The notes beneath the pieces are model-generated. The model ran no database searches, was not told the DNA's origin, and was given only the letters and a program-made list of their open reading frames with translations. The translations under genes were made by a program, and so were the position numbers. DNA of 63,873 nt, the filler included, from Octopus bimaculoides (lineage: Eukaryota), in the NCBI RefSeq assembly GCF_001194135.2. It is 7 parts of 6 records of this genome, joined end to end, with 100 filler letters (N's around TTAATTAATTAA, not from the genome) between each part and the next. Parts side by side here need not be neighbours in the genome. Positions count along the whole stretch, not along the records: positions 36,895 to 43,037 come from NC_068983.1; positions 43,138 to 58,953 come from NC_069001.1; 5 more parts are not named here. One strand, 5' to 3'. How positions within the stretch are numbered: the stretch's first letter is position 1; each line of letters starts with the position of its first letter. Below, in pieces: positions 37,258-49,635 of this stretch.

Positions 37258-38516
37258 CACATGCATACACATGTGGACACGCACACTNNNNNNNNNNCAC
37301 ACATGCATACACATGTGGACACGCACACTCACATAAACTTGTATACGCAATCATATACACACATTTATATTTACACATACATAAACATCTAAACGTTTAC
37401 TTATATTTAAAAAAATAAATAAATAAAGATAAAAAATACATCTACACAAATATGCTCCCATACTTATTCACAAGTACATTCATATTTGAATATATAAACA
37501 AACCTATGTTTTAATAAATACATTTTTACACAAAAATGTCCATACATCCAAAAAATCATACGTAAATGCATATTTATATATTTTTAAAAAATAATATTGA
37601 TAAGAGTCAGAACAAGGGTAAGAGTGAAAATATAAATGATAATGCGTATATGTACACAGAAAAATCAGTTAAAACACTTCTATTTTATGTAAAACCCTAA
37701 ATATGTATANNNNNNNNNNNNNNNNNNNNNNNNNNNNNNNNNNNNNNNNNNNNNNNNNNNNNNNNNNNNNNNNNNNNNNNNNNNNNNNNNNNNNNNNNNN
37801 NNNNNNNNNNNNNNNNNNNNNNNNNNNNNNNNNNNNNNNNNNNNNNNNNNNNNNNNNNNNNNNNNNNNNNNNNNNNNNNNNNNNNNNNNNNNNNNNNNNN
37901 NNNNNNNNNNNNNNNNNNNNNNNNNNNNNNNNNNNNNNNNNNNNNNNNNNNNNNNNNNNNNNNNNNNNNNNNNNNNNNNNNNNNNNNNNNNNNNNNNNNN
38001 NNNNNNNNNNNNNNNNNNNNNNNNNNNNNNNNNNNNNNNNNNNNNNNNNNNNNNNNNNNNNNNNNNNNNNNNNNNNNNNNNNNNNNNNNNNNNNNNNNNN
38101 NNNNNNNNNNNNNNNNNNNNNNNNNNNNNNNNNNNNNNNNNNNNNNNNNNNNNNNNNNNNNNNNNNNNNNNNNNNNNNNNNNNNNNNNNNNNNNNNNNNN
38201 NNNNNNNNNNNNNNNNNNNNNNNNNNNNNNNNNNNNNNNNNNNNNNNNNNNNNNNNNNNNNNNNNNNNNNNNNNNNNNNNNNNNTATATATATATATATA
38301 TATATATAAACATATATATACACATGTGTGTGTGTGTGTGTGTGTATTGTCCTACCCATGCCAGCATGGAAGGTAGGCATTAAACAATGATGATGATATA
38401 TTTGTTGTCTTTTTTACATTGTTATAAAGCTAGAAAACTTTAAACAAATATCATCATCATCATCAAAACGTAAAAGAATGACAAAATGATAAAGAATGGC
38501 TGATAAAAATACTAAC

Positions 38517-38802
38517 CTACATCAACCAAGCCTTTGGTAAGTCCTTGAATAAAGAATAAAGTTGCCATTAGGGGTAAATTACGAGAGAGTGGAATGAAGA
38601 TAAAAGTGGCTGATCCAAGGAGCATGGATACAGCCAGGATTAGATCCATGTTTATCTTTGATGACAACCAACCAACTAAAAGACATCCTAAAATGAATCC
38701 AATCCCAGAAATAATAAACAACCAATTCATTTGGTACAACTCTGCCTGGATTAGGGAGCCAAGGTCAAGCAGGCTTGGTCCTAAAATTCCATTGTCAATA
38801 CC
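38517..38802 (-). CDS. MFSD4B: Second coding exon of MFSD4/NAGLT1-like MFS transporter (end of TM1 to TM4)
   Basis: Acceptor ttttcttttttcag| at 38803 and donor G|gttagt at 38517/38516 (phase 1), 286 nt. Encodes GIDNGILGPSLLDL...GFILGCLLVGWL...FIPLSRNLPLMATLFFIQGLTKGLVDVG, matching the MFSD4 GPT..DL, .IPFC and G..DTG(GN) landmarks. Confidence 0.92.
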
Positions 38803-38901
38803 CTGAAAAAAGAAAATAATGAGGTGGATTAGAATGTTTCCTTTCATTGAATAATGGTAAAACATTATTGTGGAAAGAATGGAACAGCTTTGACAACTTA
38901 C

Positions 38902-38967
38902 CACAATGCCAAATGACCAAGCCAGCCACAAGAGCTTGCACTTTTTTGACTCGTAATATTCGCCCAT
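38902..38967 (-). CDS. MFSD4B: First coding exon of MFSD4/NAGLT1-like MFS transporter (MGEYYESKKCKLLWLAWSFGIV)
   Basis: Kozak context gcaccATGG at 38967 and donor GTG|gtaagt at 38902/38901. Phase-0 splicing to the next exon reconstitutes TM1 LLWLAWSFGIV-GIDNGILGPSLLDL, like MFSD4B LCASFLGL-GLSVAIVGPTFQDL. Symbol is family-level; orthology not tested. Confidence 0.85.
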
Positions 38968-39659
38968 GGTGCCAGAGAAAGTTCTTTGGTTTACTTAATT
39001 TTAACTGCCCTACAAATGAATAGAATACAAAATATTAAGAAATGATTTTACATTTAGTTGTTAGAGAAGAGGTAAAATGGCAGAGTTGGTAAAACACTGA
39101 TCTCTAAACTCATGAGTCTTCAGTTCAAATCCACTATTGGTATTTCATTGTATTTGGAATGAGCAGAATAATTCAAAATTAGAATAAGAATATATAGGAA
39201 GGTTACCTGCAAGAAACTTCTGATATATATATATATCCCACACACCTATTCCCTCTCTCCAACCATCTCTCCGTCTCCTCTACACTCTAGCAACCTCTAC
39301 CCACCTATTCTTCCCTGTTCCTCTGTCCCCACTCACTTCTATTCACCACCTACTTTGAGGCTCCACCCTGGTCACTCATACCCTCTCTTTTGTAATGTGA
39401 GTAACCATGTGGATCCTCTACAGCAAGAAACCTGTTCTGTTCTGGCTCTTTTTCTCACATGCTAATCCTTCATCTCTTAGCATTAAGAAAAGCTCCATCT
39501 CTATTGTAGCCCCACTCAGGCAAGCAGACTGACATTCTCCTTGATCAGAAAGCTAGTCCATCACAAGGATATGCATTTACAGCTGAGTGGACTTTATATA
39601 TATGTATATATATAGAGAGAGACCACAAGTGTACGTACGCTGCTATATGTATATATAAA

Positions 39660-40032
39660 AAAGAATACAAAAAATGGAACAAGAACACTACAGGTGACAA
39701 CAAAACATCCAGACAGTTAGACGATACAAAAAGGGACAAGAAAAAACAAGGATGGGTCATTTGGAGTTTTCTATTTTCAGACAAGTTCCGGGTCTTCTCA
39801 GCAGTTTCAGCTGGTTATACTCGAGATTGCTCCAATCTGGCCAACCCCAAGGAAAAACTAAGCTAAGATCATTAGACTCCTTGGAAGAAAGCAACAAATG
39901 TATATGAAAACAAGGACAGAAAAAAAAAACGGAGAAATGGTACACAAATACAAATAACAGGACATTAACAACAGGTGTCTTTCGATTAAGGATGAATTAA
40001 ATTAAGCTGGCATGTGTGGAAGTGAAGCCTTA
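39660..40032 (-). repeat. Second copy of the 33333-33725 repeat
   Basis: The reverse complement shares ttagcttagtttttccttggg, ggccagat.ggagcaat.tcgagtataaccagc and gaaagacacctgttg. Confidence 0.8.
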
Positions 40033-40219
40033 TGGCAGGAATATAAGAGATGACAGGCATGGGAGGGAATATAGATGTTGCCAACATCTATATTCCTTCC
40101 TATGTCTAACACCAACCACTTTACAGTGTGGACTGGATGCTTTTTAAGTGACACCTGCACTGACAGGTCCACCAAGTAACTTTGGAAAACAAGGAATCTT
40201 TGAGAGGGGAGAGGGTGAT

Positions 40220-40690
40220 ATCATCATCATCATCATCATCATCGTTTAACGTCCGCTTTCGATGCTAGCATGGGTTGGACGATTTGACTGAGGACTGGTG
40301 AACCAGATGGCTACACCAGGCTCCAATCTGATTTGGCAGAGTTTCTACAGCTGGATGCCCTTCCTAATGCCAACCACTCCGAGAGTGTTGTGGGTGCTTT
40401 TACATGCCACCAGCACAAAGGCCAGTCAGGAGGTACTGGCAACGGCCATGCTCAAAATGGTGTATTTTACGTGCCACCTGCACAAGAGCCAGTCCAGCGG
40501 CACTGGCAACAATCTCACTCGAAAGTCTTTACACGTGCCAGAAAGGCGACGCTGGGCACAGCTGCCATCACGATTTTGCTTTCGCTTACCCCAACAGGTC
40601 TTCGCAAGCCGAGTTTCGTGTCTAATGAAGGAGACGACGTTGGCATGGGTGCCAGTCCACACACACACACACATATACAAACACACAATA
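40220..40690 (-). mobile_element. LINE-tail/SINE-like retroelement with (TGA)n tail
   Basis: Minus-strand end cgtccaacccatgctagcatcgaaagcggacgttaaacgatgatgatg. The same tail appears on + at about 38350-38398. Confidence 0.7.
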
Positions 40691-42020
40691 GGCAGGCTTC
40701 TTTCAGTTTCTGTCTACCAAATCCACTCACAAGACTTAGATCAACCTGACGCTATAGAAAAAGAGACTTGCCCAAGATGTCACACAGTGGAACTGAACCT
40801 GAAACCATGTAGTTGGGAAGCAAGCTTCTTACCACACAGCTACACCTGTGCCTATATAGTACACTTAATGTCCACTTTCCCATGTTCACATGGGTCAGGT
40901 GGAGTTTGAGGTAGATTTTCTATAACCAGGTGCCTTTCCTGTCACCAACCCTCACCTGCTTCTCCATGCCAGAACCAGTAATTTCATATTTCCCCACGCC
41001 AGACCTGCTTTTCATGGAAGATTGGAAATGAATGACATTGTCCAGTGATGGTCATTTACAACCATCAAGTGATATCAGGACCAGGGCACACAAATATACG
41101 CACACATGCGTGCACACACACACACACAAACACACGACAGGCTTCTTTCAGTTTCTGTAAACCAAATCCACTCACAAGGCTTTAGCTGCCCCAAGGCTAT
41201 AGAAAACACTTGCTTAAAGTGCTGTGAAGTGGGGTTGAACCAAAAACTACATGTTTGTGAAGCAAGTTTGTTAACCACCCAGCCATTCTTTGTTGATCCT
41301 AACTTAGAGAATAAAATATTAATGTCTTGTACAGATTTCATATTTAATAATCGTTGAATAACAATTAATGAACAGGTGAATGTGACTGAACATATTAATG
41401 TATCCATAACAGAAAGTATCCATCATATATTTCTCATGAAATTTCCCACAATTTATCCATTTAGTCTCCTCAACAAGCAGCATTCTTATAAGCCATATTT
41501 CTTACACCAATGGAAGTTATTAATAATTATTTTATCAATCAATCATACTCACAGCAGACTTCTCTGCTGGTCTCCCAGGAATGACCTGGACTTCTGGTTG
41601 TTAGTTTAACAATTCAGTCATTAACTTTTGAGAATTGCTGGTTTAGCATTTTTCTTTCCTGAGGTATTCAGTTAGTAAAACGATGTGGTCATGTGGCAAG
41701 AAGCTTGTTTCCTAACCATATGGTTCCATGCTCAGTCTCATTGCATGGCCCCTTGGGCAAGTATCTTCTGTTATAATCCTCAGGCTGACCAAAGTCTAGT
41801 GAGGAGATTTGATAGATGGAAACTAAAAGAAGTCCATCATGTGTGTGTGTGTATCTTTGTGACTATGTTTGTTCACCACCACTGTGTAACAACTGGCATT
41901 GGTGTGTTTACATCCTTGTACCTTAGCAGTTCAGCAAAAGAGATCAATAAAATAAGTACCAGGCTTTAAAAAAAAGTACTAGAGTTGATTCATTCAACTT
42001 AAAAATACTGAAACAAGTAA
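40690..42020. mobile_element. Three family-B SINE pieces (40690-40850 -, 41130-41290 -, 41680-42020 +)
   Basis: tRNA-like head and ggcttctttcagtttc...aaatccactcacaag motifs. Confidence 0.75.
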
Positions 42021-42975
42021 AAGAGAAAAGAAAGGCAGAACCAGTTTCTTTAGCAGCCAATCCTTCCTTCTTAGTTATCCCTTATTTCTCTCTTTGTTTG
42101 GGCTTAGATTCTTCTTAGATTCTTCTCCCCCCCTCTCTCTCCTACATATATACACACACACACCAAGGGCAACCCTATAAATTTAGCAGAGTTTTGTAAA
42201 TCATTCTCAAACTATGAAACACTTAAAAACGATTCTCTGTTGTCCAATCCAGACAGTTTCTTCTATAGTAGCAATAAGGGCATTTTCCTTTTGCGTTTCC
42301 ATTTTTTTTTTGTTCTCTTTCTTATATAAGTGACACAAAGATAAACCCACAAGGGATCCCAAAAGCTATAACGTCTGACCCCTAAAAACTATCTTTTCCT
42401 GGCCCACTACTTCATGTTATCAATAGTATCATAAGACTTTGTGCTAGCTGGGGTTTTAATAATCAAGCAATTTTAAATCAAATTACATTAAAATATTCTC
42501 TATTTTTTTTTTCATTGACAACAAAATCAATCAAAGCAAGATTAATTATTGACCTTTCCTTAATAGTTAAACACTGACATTTCTAGAACATTCAACAGAA
42601 ACTACGGCATTTGTCAAAATTTAGAACAAAATAATTTATATTCTTTATTCATACTGAGATCCACAGCTTGGTGGCTGAATCAATAGAATGGGATTGTTTG
42701 TCCAGTAGTTTACTGCTCATGTTACATGGTCAGCATTGCATTACATATAATGGGTCAAGAGCCAAAATATTAAAACTAATTCATTACTAGCCATTGTGTG
42801 TATGTGTGTGCAGCCATCTTAGGCTGTGCAGAGTGAGTGGATTTAGTAGACAACAAATTAAAAACCCTATTGTGTGTATGCGTATGTATGTATGTAAGTA
42901 TGTACACATGCATGCACACATGTATGCTTGTATGTATGTGTGTATGTATGTATGTATATATACATACACACACAA

Positions 42976-43037
<62 letters not shown>

Positions 43038-43404
43038 NNNNNNNNNNNNNNNNNNNNNNNNNNNNNNNNNNNNNNNNNNNNTTAATTAATTAANNNNNNN
43101 NNNNNNNNNNNNNNNNNNNNNNNNNNNNNNNNNNNNNTGTATGTATGTATGTATGTATGTATGTATGTATGTATGTATGTATGTGTGCCTATATTTTTGT
43201 GTATATGATTGTATATATGTATATAAAATTTTAATGCTTAATATTAATGGCGATTGTCTCTTTCGATGTTTTGCTATTAAGAATGACTTCTGAAAACATT
43301 GCTTTTGGATGAATACTCTTATATGTAGATAACATATATCCACGTATTTTCTGTTTACGGCAACCATAAAGACAGAATTTACAAGTAAACAATCGCCATT
43401 ACTA

Positions 43405-43600
43405 TTTATACTTGTTTTCTTTCACTTGTTTCAGTCATTTCACTGCAGCCATGCTGGAGCAGCGCCTGTAGTCGAACAAATATACTCCGAGGTCTTATTG
43501 TTTGTAACAAATGTATTCATTCTTTCGGACTCTTTTGGTGAACTTCTAAGTTACGGGGACGTAAACACGCCAACATCTGTTTCATACGATGGTGGGACAC
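43405..43600 (-). mobile_element. 3' half of family-B SINE
   Basis: cttgtttcagtcattt.actgcagccatgctggagc...taagttacggggacgtaaacac. Confidence 0.8.
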
Positions 43601-43959
43601 ACACACACACACACACATACACACACACAAACACATACACGCACACACATTACATTAAGTAGACGTGTTCTGCCTAGCTAGTCATCTGTTATTGAACGGA
43701 CTGAGCAAGATGCGAAATCATATGATTTGACCACACCTACAGCCGTAGCGGACAGCTGGCGCTCGTCGGCGATAAGACATGATTGGTTTTATGCACCATA
43801 CGTCTATGTGACTGAGTGTTTTTGCCATTCAGTTTTTGTTGTGATTATTATTATTACTTTTTATTTCTTAGTAACAGAGCGTTATTTACCATCGTCTGAT
43901 GGTAAATAAAGCAATATCCTGTATTTTAATACAATCTCTACTTTGATTGAAAAATATTT

Positions 43960-44900
43960 ATTATTGTTTCGTACTGCTTCTGTTGATTATATATTCCATG
44001 ATATCTTTGGGGTGATTAGCGTTATCTAAGTTATCACTGGGTTTGATGTACGGCTGATATTCATACGCACTCAAATCATCCAAGATAACCTCTATAAAAT
44101 TAATTTCAGTGTGTTCTTTCTCGATGATGATTGATAAGCTTAAAATCTTGAAAAATCTGAATAGCTTTTTCCAATATTTCTCTAAGTTAGTTAGATTTAT
44201 ATAATGTATGTATACCTACTTTATCCGTTACTAGAGCGGGATCACTGGATCCCATGATAACGTAAAACATATTCAGCCTGTCCTATTTTTCCTAGTACTT
44301 ACCCTCGAATACAAACTAAAGATTTTTTGGCAGAAACGTTAGCACGCCGGGCGAAATGCTTAGCGGCATTTCGTCTGCCGCTACGTTCTGAGTTCAAATT
44401 CCGCCGAGGTCGACTTTGCCTTTCATCCTTTGAAGGTCGATTAAATAAGTACCAGTTACGCACTGGGGTCAATATAATCGACTCAATCCGTTTGTCTGTC
44501 CTTGTTTGTCCCCTCTGTGTGTAGCCCCTTGTGGACAGTAAAAAATAACAAACTATAGATTTTCTATCTGTTGATATAATATCTGCTTCTTTGGATAGAG
44601 CAGACTTTCTCATAGCAAATATCAGTGACTTCTTGAGACGGATGAAGTTAATAGAAGCATATATAATTGAATGAAATTAGTTTGCTCTTCATCGCTAATA
44701 TTAGTGAGCCAATCTATTACTTTGTAAGCGCTGGACCATTAGTTAAGTTTCCTTGGTGTGGGTTTGTATTTATCAATGACATACTTACTAATTTTTCCTA
44801 TATCCGATTTAATGGGGCATATCTGTCTGACAGAATGATGTCAAGTTAGGAGATTGGAAGTGCTGTAGTTTGCATGATAAAAATTAGTGCAATATCTAGT
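43960..44900 (-). mobile_element. Decayed Penelope-like reverse transcriptase interrupted by a SINE
   Basis: Manual translation: KSDIGKISKYVIDKY...*WSSAYKVIDWLTNI...FIQL / YASIN...LKKSLIFA...RKSI / FYVIMGSSDPALVTDKVGIHTLYK / INFIEVILDDL...YQPYIKP...NHP. This follows PLE RT motif order (FDI..FYPSI, MGS.DGAE...LVG, NFLDV.LD, Y.KP...NHP); the YxDD segment appears deleted. Confidence 0.8.
44327..44547 (+). mobile_element. Young family-A SINE with 16-bp TSD
   Basis: Near-identical to 4700-4910. Flanked by acaaactaaagatttt (44311-44326) and acaaactatagatttt (44548-44563). Confidence 0.92.
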
Positions 44901-45495
44901 TTGCTTTATCCAAGCAGTAATTCTTTTCTAAAAAAATAGTATTCGTTATATGTAAGACTTCACATACGAAATAATTTATATTTTTGTCTTATCGAATATA
45001 ATACCACATAAACCAACATACTTTTAGTTCGTTTTAAACCATATCAATGTGGAACACGTTGAATAAAGCTGCAGTGAGTCTTAACCAGATAAACAAACAG
45101 CAAACGAAAAACGACATTACGAGATACGCGTCGCAGAGACTTAAATTAGATATGCTGTATAAGACACTGTAACAATGTGCCGATGTCTTCTTTTTATTCA
45201 TTGAATTGTCATATATATGTATATGTCTGTACACGCACACACGCGCGCACAAACACAAACACACACAGGCACACACCCATATGCATTGTAATGAAATGTG
45301 CATTGTTGACGATTCTTTTTCCGGTGTCTTCCTTTTCTCTTGGACTTTCCTCTGTTTCCTGTTTCTGAAGAAGAACTTTGCTCGAAACATAAAACACCCT
45401 TTCTTTCCTTTCCCGAATGTCTAACTAATACTTTGCATATACCACATCCACGTGTTGTTTATTTTTCTTTTTTTCCTCTGTTTTTCTTTTCTGAT

Positions 45496-45564
<69 letters not shown>

Positions 45565-46361
45565 NNNNNNNNNNNNNNNNNNNNNNNNNNNNNNNNNNNN
45601 NNNNNNNNNNNNNNNNNNNNNNNNNNNNNNNNNNNNNNNNNNNNNNNNNNNNNNNNNNNNNNNNNNNNNNNNNNNNNNNNNNNNNNNNNNNNNNNNNNNN
45701 NNNNNNNNNNNNNNNNNNNNNNNNNNNNNNNNNNNNNNNNNNNNNNNNNNNNNNNNNNNNNNNNNNNNNNNNNNNNNNNNNNNNNNNNNNNNNNNNNNNN
45801 NNNNNNNNNNNNNNNNNNNNNNNNNNNNNNNNNNNNNNNNNNNNNNNNNNNNNNNNNNNNNNNNNNNNNNNNNNNNNNNNNNNNNNNNNNNNNNNNNNNN
45901 NNNNNNNNNNNNNNNNNNNNNNNNNNNNNNNNNNNNNNNNNNNNNNNNNNNNNNNNNNNNNNNNNNNNNNNNNNNNNNNNNNNNNNNNNNNNNNNNNNNN
46001 NNNNNNNNNNNNNNNNNNNNNNNNNNNNNNNNNNNNNNNNNNNNNNNNNNNNNNNNNNNNNNNNNNNNNNNNNNNNNNNNNNNNNNNNNNNNNNNNNNNN
46101 NNNNNNNNNNNNNNNNNNNNNNNNNNNNNNNNNNNNNNNNNNNNNNNNNNNNNNNNNNNNNNNNNNNNNNNNNNNNNNNNNNNNNNNNNNNNNNNNNNNN
46201 NNNNNNNNNNNNNNNNNNNNNNNNNNNNNNNNNNNNNNNNNNNNNNNNNNNNNNNNNNNNNNNNNNNNNNNNNNNNNNNNNNNNNNNNNNNNNTATATAT
46301 ATATATATATTATACATATATACATATATATATTTGTATATATATATTACACATACATATA

Positions 46362-46400
<39 letters not shown>

Positions 46401-47493
46401 ATATATATATGATACGTACATATATAAATATATATACATATACATGTGTATATATGTGTGTATGTGTATGTATGTATATATTAATCGTTTGAATGCATCT
46501 ACATATAAAACTACGATGAACGTAAGTTCTGATACTCAATCACTCAGCCATGAGTACATTGCACTCCAGAAAAGAAACAGCTGTGAGCTAATGAATTTCA
46601 TAGTATAATTGTTTATTCGTTTGTCATTTCAATTTGTTATTTTAATTACTTCCTCAGATGTGCAAGAAATTGCTTAGTCGCGACGATGACGACAATGATA
46701 TTGAGGAAATTGATGATAAAGATGTCGTTGTTTATAGTAATGATATTTCTACCAATGCTATAAAAATACAAGTAACAAAAAGAGAACGCAATCTCAACAA
46801 AATGGAAAAAAAAGAGTAAACAAAGAAAAACACATCCACCAACTCCATTGTAACAACAACATTAGTAACAACAGACCAACCCAGATTTCATCCCCTCTCC
46901 ATGTCTAAAACGTAAGCGGCCTCAAATGATATGTAGAGCTGCGTGTTTCAGTATATGTGTATGTTTAGGAAATGTGCGTGTGTCTGTGTGAGTGTTTTAT
47001 GTATGTGTTTGCGTATGTGCACGATAATGTGTAAGTATATATGTACGTGTGATTGAGGACAGACGAGGTTGGTTTAATATGTAGGATTGGTGAATGCGAA
47101 AAAGTTATTTTTCATTCAATTTAATTTCAATTCACTTCCATTGGAAATTCTTGAGAAAATTTTCACTTTTTGTCCTATTTAAATAGAAACAAAAAGAAAA
47201 CAAAAAAGTTTACTGACTTTCTGTGATATATTTTTTTTTTGTATACGGTTTGATCTCTGTCTGTTTTATATTCTTTCTTGTGTTCTTTGTTCGGTTCTTA
47301 TTTTCTTTTTCTGTCTCTCTCTTTATTTGTTATTCTCGTTCCTTTGTTTATTTTAGACTTCGTTTCTTCCAAGTTTTCATTCATCTTTCTTTCATTATTT
47401 CATGTATTGCAGAGATTTCATTTTGTTTCATTTTATTTCACCTGCAAGCACACACACAAATACATATATATTAACAAAAAAGAACATACAGAC

Positions 47494-47552
<59 letters not shown>

Positions 47553-47559
47553 ATATCTT

Positions 47560-47925
47560 GTATCTTAATTGTTTCACTCATTAGACTACAGTCATGTTGG
47601 GTCTCCACATTCGAAAATTTTTAGTCGAATAATCGACGCCAGTGTTTATTCAGTCGGTCATTTCTGCCGAATCACTAAGCTATAAGGACGTAAACACACC
47701 CACACCAGTTGTCAAGTGGTGACGGTGCTGGTTGATGATCACAGACACAAAGACAGGCACACATATACTTATATAGGCGAGGGGCTTCTTTCATTTTCCA
47801 TCAAAGAAACCTACTCACAAAAAATTGGTCAGTCTGAAGCTATAGTTGAAAACACTATCTCAAGATGAGACTTGACCTGGATCCATGTGGTTGGGAAGCA
47901 AGCGTCTTACCACACAGCCACGTCT
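47560..47925 (-). mobile_element. Near full-length family-B SINE
   Basis: Head gtggctgtgtggtaagacgcttgcttcccaaccacatgg and conserved 3' half. Confidence 0.78.
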
Positions 47926-48162
47926 ACAAATGGTGGGAGTCTCTCGTAGTAAGAGAAAGATGGTTCTGCAATTTCTTGCCGAACGCCCAGCGCTATGATT
48001 TGTTTAAAGTGATTAAATGTATGTTTCGTACATTATCTCAATCCCTCAGCAATCAACACTGTCTGAATATGAGCAGAGTGTGCTGAACATTAAGTGTTGA
48101 GTTGTCGTGGAGCAACGTGAAATAAAGTATTTGGATCACGAGCACAAAGCACCAACAGTTGT

Positions 48163-48209
<47 letters not shown>

Positions 48210-48243
48210 TTACTACTACTACTACTATTACTACTACTACTAC

Positions 48244-48277
<34 letters not shown>

Positions 48278-49506
48278 TGTAGTAGTAGTAGTAGTTATTT
48301 TGCCTTTTCTTCTCATCATTACTGGGTTAAATTTTTTTTCCACAACAAAATAACAAATGCTGAACGGAAGAAAGAAATACATAAAAAACATGAGTAGAAA
48401 GAAGATAACCATTTCAATTAAAATCTGAGAAAAGAGAAGATAAAAGAAAATCCTTGCCGAAAGACAAGACATTGTTTGCCTCCGATAATAACCTCCCACA
48501 CCAGTAAATAAATAAGTAAATTAAAGATAAAGGGGACATGGAACTTGGCAAGACGAAAGTGCTCATAATTAAGATTAGATATCTAATTATCTAATTAACT
48601 AATCAACTAATTATCTAGGGGCTAGATTATATAATTAATGGGAGTGATCAACGGTTGAATGCCTTGCCTTAACAGAAAGGGTTTATTTTTTTGTAGTGTA
48701 ATTAAATATTTTTATACTTATTTATTACTGATAATTGTTTTGAATAGTTTACTGTTTTGTCCTACTTCTTTCTCTTCTTCCCTTTCCTCTTCTTCGTCAT
48801 TTTTTTTTTCTTTTTTCACCTCCCCTTCTTTTCCCACCCTCTACTCTTCTTCTGGTTTTCTGGTTGTTTACACTGTTTTACTTACTGCTCCTGTATTTAC
48901 TGGTGTTGTTTTTCTTATTGTTGTTCATCCTGTGTATCTTAAGAAAATTTCAATATTTTTCTTCCTTCTTTTTCTATTTTAGAAATTCATTTAAATATCA
49001 GGATTATATTTCGTTTTCCTTACAATCTACCCACTCTCCTTCTCTGTTTCTCTCTTCTTCTCCCTCTCTCTCCCTCTTGATATGTGTGTATGTATATATG
49101 TAATTTGTTTATATATATATATATAATATATACATATATACATATATATGTATATATGCATATATGTATATATATATATAAATTTGTATATATATATACA
49201 TATACATATATATATGTATATATATATGTATNNNNNNNNNNNNNNNNNNNNNNNNNNNNNNNNNNNNNNNNNNNNNNNNNNNNNNNNNNNNNNNNNNNNN
49301 NNNNNNNNNNNNNNNNNNNNNNNNNNNNNNNNNNNNNNNNNNNNNNNNNNNNNNNNNNNNNNNNNNNNNNNNNNNNNNNNNNNNNNNNNNNNNNNNNNNN
49401 NNNNNNNNNNNNNNNNNNNNNNNNNNNNNNNNNNNNNNNNNNNNNNNNNNNNNNNNNNNNNNNNNNNNNNNNNNNNNNNNNNNNNNNNNNNNNNNNNNNN
49501 NNNNNN

Positions 49507-49635
<129 letters not shown>

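Noticed and set aside
37257-37326. 31-bp direct repeat around an 11-N gap
   Set aside because: Typical of unmerged overlapping contig ends.
38512-38967. Treating the 151-aa ORF as one uninterrupted exon
   Set aside because: A canonical GTAAGT donor and a polypyrimidine-CAG acceptor bound a 99-nt segment whose removal restores the MFSD4-type TM1.
40298-40909. 203-aa and overlapping ORFs
   Set aside because: They span a LINE-tail/SINE composite, are open in several frames and have no domain motifs.
46658-46819. 53-codon acidic ORF after a strong acceptor (MCKKLLSRDDDDNDIEEIDDKD...)
   Set aside because: Its composition is explained by decayed GAT/GAC/AAT repeats, and there is no homology or partner exon.
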